NCBI GenBank assembly: GCA_026936335.1
Contig: JAPMXV010000055.1
Coordinates: 124,001 to 188,000, forward strand
DNA: 64,000 bases
Direction of reading: 5' to 3'
Origin: Mantamonas sphyraenae STR306
Taxonomy: Eukaryota; Protista; CRuMs
Positions within the stretch are counted from its first letter, which is position 1. The number at the start of each line of letters is the position of its first letter. Positions 1 to 11,285 of the stretch are shown here, piece by piece. The position numbers and the translations under genes are program-made. The notes below the pieces were generated by a model. It was not told where the DNA came from and did no database searches. It was given only the letters and a program-made list of their open reading frames with translations.

Positions 1-122
1 CCTTGGCCGCGCGGTGAAATGGTGCTCGAGTCGCCCTGGTCGCTTTCCGACGACGAGGACGACTGCGAGTCGAGAGACACAAGACTTCCGAAACTGTTGT
101 TCCGTGTGTACGGGGTTCGCAT
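1..122 (-). CDS. 5' end of an unknown gene running off the left edge (MRTPYTRNNSFGSLVSLDSQSSSS...)
   Basis: ATG at 122-120 opens a stop-free frame to the window edge; head-to-head with MCCC2 (83 nt gap), like most pairs here. Confidence 0.4.
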   Translation of the reverse strand, partial: MRTPYTRNNSFGSLVSLDSQSSSSSESDQGDSSTISPRGQ

Positions 123-205
123 GCGTGGTTGGCGGAGCCGGGGCGTGGCAGCGTGCGTCGTTTGCGCCACACCTTTTTCCTTTTTCCGACAGCAACACCG
201 ACGAC

Positions 206-2114
206 ATGTTTCGGCGCAGCACACGCACGTGCACGCGTGTGTTTACACACACAGGCACAACGTCAATGGCCGTGCGCCACAACGCACACTTTGCAGCAAA
301 CACCAAAGCGCTGAATGTGATTGACGGCTCGCTCGTCAACGAAGAGTCGGAGGAGTACCAGGTTCGTGAACAGAGAGAGAGAGAGAGAGAGGGAGACAGA
401 GGGAGGGGAGACGGGTTGGGCTGAAGGAGGGGATGCATGTTGATTGCAAACGGGAGGGGCCGGGGTTTGAAGAAGGAGGGTTGGCGAACGAAAAAGGCAA
501 CGGGGCGGGGTGAACTGACACGATGCGGGGCCACACCCACAGCGGAACTACAAAGAGCAAAGCGAACTGGAAGCACACCTGGAAGGAGTGGTGAGGTCTA
601 TCAAAGAAGGGACGGACGCAAGGGTGCGGGAGAGGCACGTGAAACGAGGCAAGATGCTTGTGAGGGACCGCATCAACGCGTTCCTGGACAGCGGGTCGCC
701 GTTCCTGGAGATCGGGCAGTTGGGAGGGTATGAACTGGACAAGGACCACGACGCTGGCGGAGGGATTGTGACGGGCATTGGCAGTGTGCACGGGAAACAG
801 TGCATGATTGTGGCAAACGACGCGACGGTAAAGGGAGGGACGTACCTGATGGCGACGCTGAAGAAGCATCTGCGTGCGCAGGAGATTGCAGCAAACAACA
901 GACTGCCCTGCGTGTACATGGTGGACTCTGGTGGAGGGTTTCTGCCTCGCCAGAGCGAGGGGTTTGCGGACAGGGACCACTTTGGGCAAATCTTTTACAA
1001 CCAGGCGAACCTGAGTGCGGCAGGCATCCCGCAGGTGGCACTGGTCATGGGCTCGTGCACGGCAGGCGGCGCGTATATCCCGGCCATGTCGGACGAGGTG
1101 GTGATTGTGGAGAAGACGGGCACCATCTTTCTGGGAGGCCCGCCGTTGGTAAAGGCGGCAACAGGAGAGGTGGTGACACCGAATGAGTTGGGTGGCGCCG
1201 GGGTGCACACGCGCGAGTCGGGCGTGGCGGACCACTATGCAGAGAGTGATGCACATGCACTGGCGATCGGGCGAAGGATTGTGGCCAATCTGAACCTGGA
1301 GCGCGTGCCGCAGCTGGTTATGGAGCAGCAGGAGGAGGTGGAGGAGCCGTTGTGGAGTGCGGAACAGCTGAAGGGCATTGTACCTGTGGACAGCAAAGTG
1401 CCGTATGACGTGCGCCAGGTGATTGCTCGCGTGGTGGATGGCTCCCGCTTTGACGAGTTTAAGCAGGAGTACGGCAACACGCTGGTGACGGGCTTTGCCA
1501 CCATCGGAGGGTATCGCGTGGGAATCCTGGCCAACAATGGGATCTTGTTCAGCGAAAGTGCGCTGAAAGGGGCGCATCTGATCGAGCTGTGCTCACAGCG
1601 CGGCATCCCGCTGCTGTTCCTGCAGAACATCTCTGGGTTCATGGTGGGCAAGAGCTACGAAGCAGGAGGCATTGCCAAGGACGGTGCCAAGCTCGTGGGG
1701 GCCATTGCCACGTCCAAGGTGCCCAAGGTGACCATGATCATCGGCGGATCGTACGGGGCCGGCAACTACGGGATGTGTGGCCGCGCGTACCGGCCCAACT
1801 TTCTGTGGCTGTGGCCGAATGCACGAACGGCGGTGATGGGTGGTGAACAGGCAGCCAATGTGCTGGCGCAGGTGACACGAGACAAGTATGCAGCGCTGGG
1901 CAAAGAGTGGCCGGCCGAGGACGAGGAGAAGCTCAAGGCAGGCATCATCCACAAGTTTGCCAACGAGTCGAGCGCATACTACTCGTCGGCACGGGGATGG
2001 GACGACGGAGTGATTTCGCCTGTCGACTCGCGGGCGGTGTTGACGCACTCGTTGGCGGTGGCCATGAACGGCTGGCAAAAGGAGCGCACGACGTTCCCGG
2101 TGTTCCGATTTTAA
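206..2114 (+). CDS. MCCC2: Methylcrotonoyl-CoA carboxylase beta subunit, mitochondrial; intron 362-542
   Basis: Motifs [51 protein letters not shown] and C-terminal VFRF; exon 1 resembles a presequence; the GT-AG intron joins in frame. Confidence 0.93.
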
Positions 2115-2218
2115 GCGCGTGTGAAGAGAGGTGACAGTTGGACAGTTGGACTGGACAATGCAAACATGCAAATGAGGTACGAAACACATTGCAACACCTG
2201 AAAGGGGCGGAATACATT

Positions 2219-3958
2219 TCATAGACCCGTGTACTGCGCGGAGAAGCTCATGTTGTTCTTGCGCGCTTCGTTGCGCGCAAGGGACCATGACCAGAGCCAA
2301 AAGAGGATGGGCCAGATGAGCCAAAGGGCGAGGAAGACCATGCCCATGAGGAGGGTGCCTGTGACGTCGCTAATGGCGCCGACGAGGATGGGTGAGGGCA
2401 TGTCGCCAAGGAGGTGGATGGCAAAGATGCTGATGGCCATGGCCATGCTGCGGAGATGGGGAGGCACAGAGCTCAGCAGGGCAGAGTTGATGGGCCCAGT
2501 AGTGCAAAACAGAAGCAGTTGGCACATGCCGATGGAGACAAAGAACAGCCACAGGGGAATGCCGTCAATAAAGGCGAGAAAGGCAAACGGGGTGCCGATA
2601 ACGGCATAGATGGTGGCATGTTTCATGGAAAGAGCCAGACCTGCGGCGCCCTGGGAGCCGCCGGCTCGGTCGAGGAGGATGCCGCCGATTGCAGTGCCGA
2701 GGAGGCCGCAGGTAACGGTGACGAGGCCGATGCCAAGATCTGCGTCGACGAGACTCATGCCCTTGGTTTGCACGAGAAAATCTGGGATCCAGTAGGCAAA
2801 GCCGCCAATGACAAAGGTGTAGGCAGCATAGCCGAGAACAATGACGACGTAGATGCGTTGTCGAACAAGGAGGCCCAGGTTCTCCCAAACGGTGTTTTGC
2901 ATGGCCACGTGGTGAGAGAGGGCCGACGTGTTGAGCTCGTCCTCGTCATGGAGATCGAGCGAGTCGTCGAGGGTGGTGGGGTCGGGCAAGAGTCCGCTTT
3001 GCTGCATCTCGGTGACGGAGTGCTCGCTCAACAGGCGGGCTGTGGTCAGACGCTTCTCGCCCGTGGGTGCACTGCGCGATTTGGGCACAAAGTAGAACAC
3101 AACACACATGGGCAGCATGACCAGACCCTCCATGAAGAAAATGGCTGTCCAGTGCCAGTGTTTGGCAATGAGACCGCCCAGAGCATAGCCACAGGCACCA
3201 CCCACGGGAATCATGGCATAAAAGATGGCCAACCAGGTCTGTGCGACGCACCCACGAAAGGTGTGAGCGATTGAATCCGGGCGAGGGACGGGTGTGGAGA
3301 GCGTTCATGTGGGGGCGGAAGCCTGTCCTCTTACCGTGCGGACACGCGGAGGGGCATTGTCATCAATGCAGGTGGGTGCGAGGCCTGCAAAGGAGGCTTC
3401 ACCAATACCCGTGAGCACACGGGTCATACAGAGGGTCCAGAAGCCTGTGGTGGCGGCAGTAAGGATGGTGGCAATGGCCCACACGGCAAGGCCCAGGCTC
3501 ATGAGACGTGTGGGCCTATGGTCGCGTTCAAAGTGTGCAAACACGGGGCTAAACAGCATGTAGCCTAGGGTGAAGGCACCTGCGGGCGGTGGGGGCGGGG
3601 CATATGTGGCAGAGTGGCGTGGAAACAGGGTCAGGTCGTCTGCGATTTTGAGCTTGGGTTTGCGGGGTGGGGCAAAGGAAAACGCACCTGCAAGCATGCC
3701 CGAGTGCGTGTGGTCCAAGTGCAGGTTCGCCTCGATGTAGTTGAGCACGCCTGCAATGGCGCCGCGGTCGAAATAGTTGAGAAAGTTGACGAGGGTGAAG
3801 CAGAGGAGCAGGCGTTGCGGACTGAACACGCGCTCCATCCGGTTTTCCCGCGCAATGAACAACTGGAAGTCATCCAAGAGGGTGGAGTCCCACGGGTCAA
3901 GCTGGGCAGCCAGCGTCTCGGTCTGCTCCGGGTCGCGTTTGGAGCGTCGCGACGACAT
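2219..3958 (-). CDS. Spinster-family MFS transporter; introns 3580-3687 and 3239-3334
   Basis: NFLNYFDRG, RVLTGIGEASF, APTCIDD, WLAIFYAMIPVG, IHLLGDMPSP are Spinster/SPNS signatures. Confidence 0.88.
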
Positions 3959-4153
3959 GCAGCGTAGTGAGGGAGAGCGAGTGTGTTGGCGAACCGGGCG
4001 CGACACGGGCCAACCGCTGCAAACCGGAGGGAGTGAGTGTTGTGACTTTGTGCAGGTGAGAAAGCGCAACAGCAGCCGGCACAGCCACACAAGCACACAC
4101 AGGGGCACAACACACGACATAGGCAGGGGGTCACACACAAAACCCAACACAGA

Positions 4154-4158
4154 ATGTC

Positions 4159-4198
<40 letters not shown>

Positions 4199-6341
4199 GG
4201 AGGTGCAGGAGGAGGGCCAGGGACTGCCAGCAAAAGGGACGGGTCGGATAACAAGCTGGTGCAGTCGTTTCAAGCGGAGCTTGCGTCGCTGGGGGCTGTG
4301 CAGAGGCGGTTTGGGGCGATTGAGGCAAAGAGCAAAGAGGACGTGGCTGCGCTGACAGCAGCCAAGTTGAAACCAGAGCCGTTCAACCACTTTGTGAGCA
4401 TTGCCAAGCAGACGCGTGTGGACGAGCAGTGGTTTGTGTCGTTTGAGAAGCAGGTGCGCGTGTGGATGAAGCTGTGGCAGGCAAAAAAGTGCCCACGTCG
4501 ACGTATTGGCGCGGGCGCTGGACGGCAGGCGGCACGGTGGCACGGGCAGCAGCGGTGGCGGAGGAGAAGCGTCCACAGGCATGGGAATGGACGTGGACGG
4601 GCACTACGAAGGAGAAGACTACAACGCATCGTCGTCGTCGTCGTCGTCGTCGTCGAGTGACACCGACCTGGAGTCGGTGCGGGAGCAGCACGCGGCACTG
4701 AGCGAGGACATTGGACGGCGGGAGACCGTTCTTATGGAAGGCACGGAGCGCATCCTGCGGGAACATGCACGGTTGCTTCGACGACGCACGGAAAAGATGC
4801 AGGGAGTGGTGAAGCAGTGGCTGTCGTTCTTTGAGAGCCAGGCGGGCAGCAGTGAGGCACACGTGCGTCTGGACAAGACCCTGGACCTGCTTGTGGAGAC
4901 ACAAATCATGCAAAGGATCGACCCAGACACGGGAAGGCTCAAGGCGTGTCCGTACGAACACGTGGTGGAACCGTGGGTACAAGAGTACGGGGTGCAACGT
5001 GTTGTGGCCGCTCTCTCGTCCCTGGTGATCAGTGGTACGCTCAGCTACCCATTCAAACGCTTCTTTATGACGGCGCCGTCCACTCTGATGGCCAACCTGC
5101 GTGGCATGGAGGCGTTGCCGGACAACACGCCGTTTGACAACCTGCCCAACGTGCGCTTCGACTGCCACCGGCTTCAATTTGCCCAGGCGACGTACGATGG
5201 CAAGGAGCTGTTTCCCATGACCTTTGATGGCAATTACGTCACGTTTCCATCGCCCGAGGAGGACTACAACCGCATGGACATCCTCGTGGACTGGTATCAG
5301 GAGGAACGGCGACTGAGTGCGCGTCGGCAAGACCAGACACAATCGCCGTTGGAGCTGTGGCGCAAACCAGAGGTGCACAGCAGTATGTTTATGGAGCTGG
5401 TGTCGTCCAAGGCGGACATCACGGTGGCTCGCATGAGGGAACACCTGTACACGCGGTCAAACGTCCGCGAGTGCACCCAGTTCAAGCCCAGCCTGGCCAA
5501 GACTATTTATGACTACTTTGGTGCCAAGCGGGTGTTGGATATCAGCGCCGGATGGGGTGACCGGTTGGCTGGGGCCATTGCTTCGGACAGTGTGGAGCGG
5601 TACGTGGCCACCGATCCCAACGTGGACCTGAAACCAGGCCACGACGCCATTGTGGCCGACCACGTGCCTGCACACAAGCGCTCGCGCTACTCGATCATCT
5701 ACGAACCCTTTCAGACGGCGCAGCTGCCGGTGGGCGAGACGTTTGATCTGGTGTTCACCAGCCCGCCCTTCTTTGACTTTGAAATCTACACGCATCGCCA
5801 GGGCCAGAGTGTGGGCGACTATCCCGAGCTCAACCAGTGGATTGTCGAGTTTCTGTGCTTCAGCCTCTACAAGTGCTGGGACGTGCTGGACGACGACGGC
5901 TACGTGGCCATCCACATCACAGACGTGTTTCGCACCCGCGTCTGTGAACCCATGCTCTTGTTTGGCCAGACGCGCCTGCCTGGCTTCCGCTACGCAGGTG
6001 TCATTGCCTCGCTGGCGCGCGCCAACAAACTGCGCCCCATTTGGGTGTGGCAAAAGGTGGGACGCCACAGCGGCGCCAAGCTGCCCGAGGATCACGAGCA
6101 GCGTGTCGCTGCAGCGGCCGCAGCCATGACCCAGTTCTTTCCGGCCATCGAGTTTTTCTTGCGCCGCAGCTTCCCAACCTGGGCCCAGCGGCTGGAGGCG
6201 TGCAAAGCGGACAGCAACAACGACGATGACAGCAGCAGTGGCGGCGGAAGGAAACGAAAGCAGCTGGACGAGGACGACGGGGTGAGCGAACGGGCGGGTG
6301 ACGAGCAAGAGGGCAGCAAGCGGCAACGTGTGGATGAATGA
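4154..6341 (+). CDS. SAM-dependent amino (N4-cytosine/N6-adenine type) methyltransferase with long N-terminal extension; one apparent frameshift at A6 (4483-4488)
   Basis: Motif I VLDISAGWGDRL, motif IV FDLVFTSPPFFDFEIY, upstream CTQFKPSLAK; removing one A joins ORFs 4154-4660 and 4506-6341 (WQAKSAHVDVLARALDG). Confidence 0.75.
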
Positions 6342-6365
6342 ACAAACGGCGTGGCTCTCATTCCA

Positions 6366-8402
6366 TCATTCCACTCGGATCTTGGAAAGGCGCATGGAAA
6401 TCTGGGTAAAGGTGGGCCGGGCCTTGGGATCTGCGTTGAAACAGTCGCGAATGATCTGAGCCAGGGGTTCTGGCGTGGATTCGGGGATGGTCTCACTGAT
6501 GCCCATGTGGGCAACGTTGTAGATGACCGACAGCGGGGAGATGCCTTCAAAGGGAGGCTTGAGTGTGACCAGTTCCCACAGCACCATGCCGAAGCTGTAC
6601 ACGTCGGCCTTTTCAGAGTACTTTTCTTCACGCAACACCTCGGGTGCCATCCATTGGGAGGTGCCCACACGTGTCATGGTCTGCGTGAGGCCCTTGACCC
6701 GTGAAATGCCAAAGTCGGCCACCTTTGTGGTCCACTTCTGGTTGAGCAGCAGATTCTGTGACTTGAGGTCGCGGTGGATGATGATGGGGCTGCGTAGGTG
6801 CAGATACTCCATGCCTGCGGCTGTGTCCCGTGCAATCTGCAGCGTCAGCTTCCACGGCATGGCCCTGACGTTGACATCCATTGTGCGCAGGGCCTCGATG
6901 CGTGCCTCGTTGGCATCCTTGACCGACCCAGAAGCGTCGGCGTCCTCGTCTGTGGATTTTGTGTGCGCTGGCGGAGAGGACAGTGAGGGGGAGGAGGACG
7001 ATTGGGAGGCCGTGGCCGCGGCTTCTTTGGCCCGCAGCTCCTCTGTCTTTTCCTCAAAGTAGCGAAGGATGTTAAAGAGGCAACCACGGTCCATAAACTC
7101 TGTAATGACGCAGTAGTTGCCGTGGTCGATGCAGACACCGAGAAAGGAGAGGACGTTGGGGTGCTCCAGCTCCTGCATCATTGTAGCTTCCTTGAGCAGC
7201 TCCACGACGAGGTCCTCGTCGTAGGCAAAGGAATCGGTGGAGCTGGAGGCACTGACCTGGTGCTGGGCAATGGGCTTGAAGCGTTTGACGGCGACTGGGC
7301 GTCCGCTTGGCCTGTGGACGGCTTTAAACACCTCGCCGTGCTGGCCGACGCCAATGAGCTGGGAGGTCTGCAGGTCGGCCCAGGGCACAATGGGGATGTT
7401 TTCGCTGCTGAGTTCCTTGACCAGAGCCTGGATGCGCTCGTCGCTGAGATAGGCGGTGGCGGTGACCTCGTGGGAGTTTGCCAGGAGGCCCATGCTTTTG
7501 CGCAGCTCCTCCGAGTCTGCGTTGAGGGTGTAGTACAGCAGCGGGGCGTACAGGAGGTAGTAGAAGGAGAAAGAGATAATAAAGGTGCAGGAGGCGGCCT
7601 CGGTAAACACACCCGGGTCGCTCTGGACGAGGGCATCGGTCATGCCAAACAGCAGGTGGGCGACACATTGGTACAGCGACCAGGGGATGGCGGCGCGGCG
7701 GGGTTTGTGCCTGGCAATGGGCTCGGGCATGATGGGCATGAGGAGGACAAGGAAGAAGCAGACGGCAAGGATGAGCTCAGTAAAGACGCCACCGGAGTTG
7801 TAGTCGCCGGCAAGGTAGGCAACGATCCATGCAAAGGAGAGGAGCACACACAGGGCCGTGGCGCGGCGTGTGGTGCGGCGCACATGCTCTTGTTGAATGC
7901 CCTGTGGCATGGCAAAAAAGGGGGCAGGGTCCACGCGAGGAGGCAGGTGCGGGGTGCGCATTTCGGCGGTTGGGTGTCAGCGCGTGAACGAACTGAGGAA
8001 AGTGGAAAGACGCAAGAGAGAGGAGGGAGGGATGAGGGAAGGGGCTTCAACGGTTGCATGCAGCCGTCACACACTCACCTTTTCCATCATAAAGAGGACG
8101 GCAGCGACCTGGACAAACCACTGGAGAGCGACGTAGACGATGTGGAGGATGGTGAGAATGAAGCTCCATGCCGGGGTCTGGCTGTGCGGAAGCAGAGAAA
8201 CGAGGATGGAGAAGAAAAAGGTGAAGCAGGCAAAGACGATAAAGTTGAAGTAGATGGCCACGTGTCTGGAGCGGCTGTTGTTGAGGTGCCACATCCAAAA
8301 CACCACCGACACAAACGCCAGGACATTGGTGAGGACCACAAACAAGCTCGCGCCTATCCCCGGGGGAGTGTACGAATACACAGTGTGACAGGTGGTGCCC
8401 AT
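6366..8402 (-). CDS. Seven-transmembrane receptor fused to a TKL (MLK/Raf-like) kinase; intron 7902-8078
   Basis: Seven hydrophobic segments, the last ending APLLYYTLNADS; kinase motifs GVGQHG, VAVK, HRDLKSQN, DFG, GTSQWMAPE, DVYSFG. Confidence 0.85.
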
Positions 8403-8586
8403 GGCCGGTGGAGATGTGTGTGTGTGTGTGTTTGGCGGGGAGGGGGGTGGTTGGGTGGTTGGGGCGACGGATGCTCTGGGCGCGCCAGCGTTTCGCACAG
8501 AGCACAGAGACAGGATTTGGTTGTGTGTGTGTGCTGTTGTGTGCGTGCGTGACACTGTGTGAGTGAGTGTGAGTGAGTGAGAGAGC

Positions 8587-9508
8587 ATGCAAGCAAAGGT
8601 GACGACGAAACAACGTGGCGACGGCGTGTGGGAGTTTCATTCGAAACGAGAACACGCGCTGATGCGTGGATTCGATTGGCTGTGCATCATGTTGCTCGTC
8701 GTAGACATGTTGTCTTCATTCCGTCTGCTGGGTAGTGTGGGCGGCCCCGTGTTGCCGCTGTTGGCGGTGGGGGTGCGCCTTGCACGCGGCTTGCTCTGTG
8801 TACACACAGAATCCATGCTTGTGATTGCCGACCACGGCGTGCAAGTCACCAAACAGTGGCCGTTGGGCCAATCCTCCGTATTTATTGACAAGTCAAGCAT
8901 CCACGAGGTGTTTCTGAACGAGGGCGTCACGTTTATGACCATCCGCGTGTATCTGGCCATCCGTGTGCGTGAGAAGACGACCCTAATCCTACCGTTTGAG
9001 GTAAGTGAGAGCAGGAGGCCGGTCTGGCGCGGGCGAAGGGCGGGGAGGGCAGAGGCAGCTGACACGCGAGTGGGGGCCATTTCCGTTGGATGATGAATGT
9101 GTGCAGCACACGGAACCGCGGCTGCAGCAACTGCTGGGCGTGTACCGGAAGGCTCGTGCGCTGTTGTATAACGAGGGAGTGGAAAGCGTGGACGGTACGG
9201 AGAGTAGCATGGGGGCAAAGCCTGCAGTGGAGGCAGTGGACAAGAAGGCGGCAGGCACACTGCTGGCGAGTGTATCGCCGTCCAAGAGCAGACAACGAGG
9301 CCTGTTGGAACACGCCCATTCGGTCGACGTGCACATGGCCCAACGGGGCAAGGGGAAGCCCAAGGTGACGTTTGGTCGCTCTTCCGAACGGTTCAAGAAG
9401 CACACGCGCTCCTCCTCGGACGTTGGCTCGTCATCCAACCCATACCGCAACATGGGCAGCACATCCATGTTTCTCGAACGCATGCACCTGGATCCCAACG
9501 ACAAATGA
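8587..9508 (+). CDS. PIGH: GPI-GlcNAc transferase subunit PIG-H; intron 9001-9106
   Basis: Two TM segments then ESMLVI..GVQ, FI..I.EVFLNEG, YLAI, F...PRL..L..VY. Confidence 0.8.
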
Positions 9509-9517
9509 AGACGGGTT

Positions 9518-10486
9518 TTATGTGTCTGCGTGTGTGACCAGGAACATCTTGCGCGACTGGGCAATCCCCTGCAGCCACTGGATTTCTGCAACCAGCTGCT
9601 GCTTGTTGAAAGCCCGTTCTGTCCTGCTGAGCGCAGCAATCTCCTCTGCACTGAGCAGCCGCTCCAACAGCTTGTCCAAGGCTTGGTCGAGTTGCTGCAG
9701 CAGAGCTGCCTGCTGTTGAGGCTGCGGCTGTTGTTGCTCGCGTGTCTGCTTCCTCTGCTTGCCACCTTGCTGTTCGGTGTCCGCCTTGCCGCGTGTGCTC
9801 TTCCTTTTGGCTGTGTCGGCCACACCAAAATCCAGATGGCGCTGGGGCACTGCCCCTGGCCCCTGTGTCTCGCGGTCGGCCATGCGTGGGCTCTTGTTCA
9901 GCTGTGCAACCATATATACACCCGAGCTGCTGGATGCCAGGTCCACGTCGTGAGCATCAGACTCGTCTGTGTCTGCCGAGTCGTCTGCCTTTGCGCTGCG
10001 CGCGCTTCCAGCCCCGCCTGCCATGGGCGAGTGCAGGTGATATGCATCGTCGATGCCCGTGTGCCATCCCTTGTCGACGTTGTCTGTATGTCTGTTCCCG
10101 CCTTCTTGCTCATCGTTTGCCTCTGTGGTGGCCGCCTCGGCCACCTGCTGAGCGGCTTGCTGAAGAAGCGCGTCAAATTCAGCGTCAAAGTCGTCGTCCT
10201 GCGTGCTTTGTACATGAAAATGGGGCTCTTCCTCCACCCTCGTCTCCTCTTTCTCCCGTGTCTGCGGCTGTGGTGGTTGGGACGTGTCGTTGGAGGAAGA
10301 GGAGCTGGAGGAGGATGCTGCCGCCGTCAATTGGACAAGGACGGCTTCAGGCAGCTGCACCGAACCCAAATACTGCTCCGAGACGTCCGAGAGCCAGCGT
10401 TGGTGCTGACGAGGAGCGTCGTCGCCTTCCAACTGACTCATGAGAGCCTGGTACTCTTCCAGTACCTGTGCTTGGAAGAGCTCCAT
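9518..10486 (-). CDS. Low-complexity protein with IQCC-like N- and C-terminal motifs
   Basis: EEYQALMSQLEGD and LVAEIQWLQGIAQSRKMFL recall the conserved ends of animal IQCC; recalled similarity only. Confidence 0.5.
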   Translation of the reverse strand: MELFQAQVLEEYQALMSQLEGDDAPRQHQRWLSDVSEQYLGSVQLPEAVLVQLTAAASSSSSSSSNDTSQPPQPQTREKEETRVEEEPHFHVQSTQDDDFDAEFDALLQQAAQQVAEAATTEANDEQEGGNRHTDNVDKGWHTGIDDAYHLHSPMAGGAGSARSAKADDSADTDESDAHDVDLASSSSGVYMVAQLNKSPRMADRETQGPGAVPQRHLDFGVADTAKRKSTRGKADTEQQGGKQRKQTREQQQPQPQQQAALLQQLDQALDKLLERLLSAEEIAALSRTERAFNKQQLVAEIQWLQGIAQSRKMFLVTHADT

Positions 10487-10525
10487 GGGGATGAGGACGT
10501 CGGTTCGTTTTTGTGGCGCTGGCGC

Positions 10526-11134
10526 ATGCAAACCATGGCCAATCCCGTTTGCTTCACCGGCGTCGAGGAGTCCCTTCGCAGTGTCAGCGCCCTGGCCCTG
10601 TTCTTTGGTTCCATCATCCACGCGGCCATTGTGAGCGCCGTCCTCCCAACCAGCTGTGCGTTGGCACACAGACCGGATGGTAGGGGCACGCAGTACGGAC
10701 CCTGCTCCTCGTTTATTGCTCGTTACTACGCACAAACCCTGCTCGTCCAGGTGGCCATGCTCGTGTGTGCCTTTACGGTGCACATGTGGCCCGACAAAGT
10801 GTTTCGTCGTCTGGGCCTCAAGCCCTTCTGGCTGCGCGAGGAGCGACGTGCACGCACCACCGCTGCCCTGCGCAGATTCATGTTCCTGCTCGACTACGTC
10901 ACCGTCGTGTTTATGGCGTTCTATTTTGGCGCAGAGGCCGAGACGAACATCGCCAAACCGGGCGCCAGCGTTTTCGATCCCATGTGGAACATTGTGTGGG
11001 TACTGTACAGCATCTTTATGCTCTACTTTATCTACAAGGTCATTTCTCGCTTTGTGGGCGAATTTGACCCGGCGGAGCACCCCGGGCTGGGGAGCAACTA
11101 CGCACGCTTTGTGGACGACGACGACGCCATCTGA
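10526..11134 (+). CDS. Uncharacterised ~4-TM membrane protein
   Basis: 3' part of ORF 9530-11134 has four hydrophobic segments and an acidic tail; the upstream part is antisense to the preceding gene. Confidence 0.6.
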   Translation: MQTMANPVCFTGVEESLRSVSALALFFGSIIHAAIVSAVLPTSCALAHRPDGRGTQYGPCSSFIARYYAQTLLVQVAMLVCAFTVHMWPDKVFRRLGLKPFWLREERRARTTAALRRFMFLLDYVTVVFMAFYFGAEAETNIAKPGASVFDPMWNIVWVLYSIFMLYFIYKVISRFVGEFDPAEHPGLGSNYARFVDDDDAI

Positions 11135-11285
11135 TTGGACGCCTGAGCTCCGTCACTGCGTGTCTGCCTCCAACCCGGTACAGGGGGGGGGGAGGAGGGA
11201 GAGAGGGAATTGTGTGTCATTGGGTGCATGTGAGGGGAATGAAAGATCGAAGCAGCACCAACTCCGCCAAGAATTTTGTCCATCC

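Noticed and set aside
336-1577. Long antisense or alternate-frame ORFs (also 7002-8552, 21129-23672, 25270-26955, 47547-49373, 53786-55678)
   Set aside because: Shadows of real genes in GC-rich, codon-biased DNA; no recognisable motifs
4159-4197. (AGC)n, (GT)n/(CA)n, (GA)n and (GGATCG)n tracts across the window
   Set aside because: Ordinary microsatellites in introns or encoding low-complexity peptide runs
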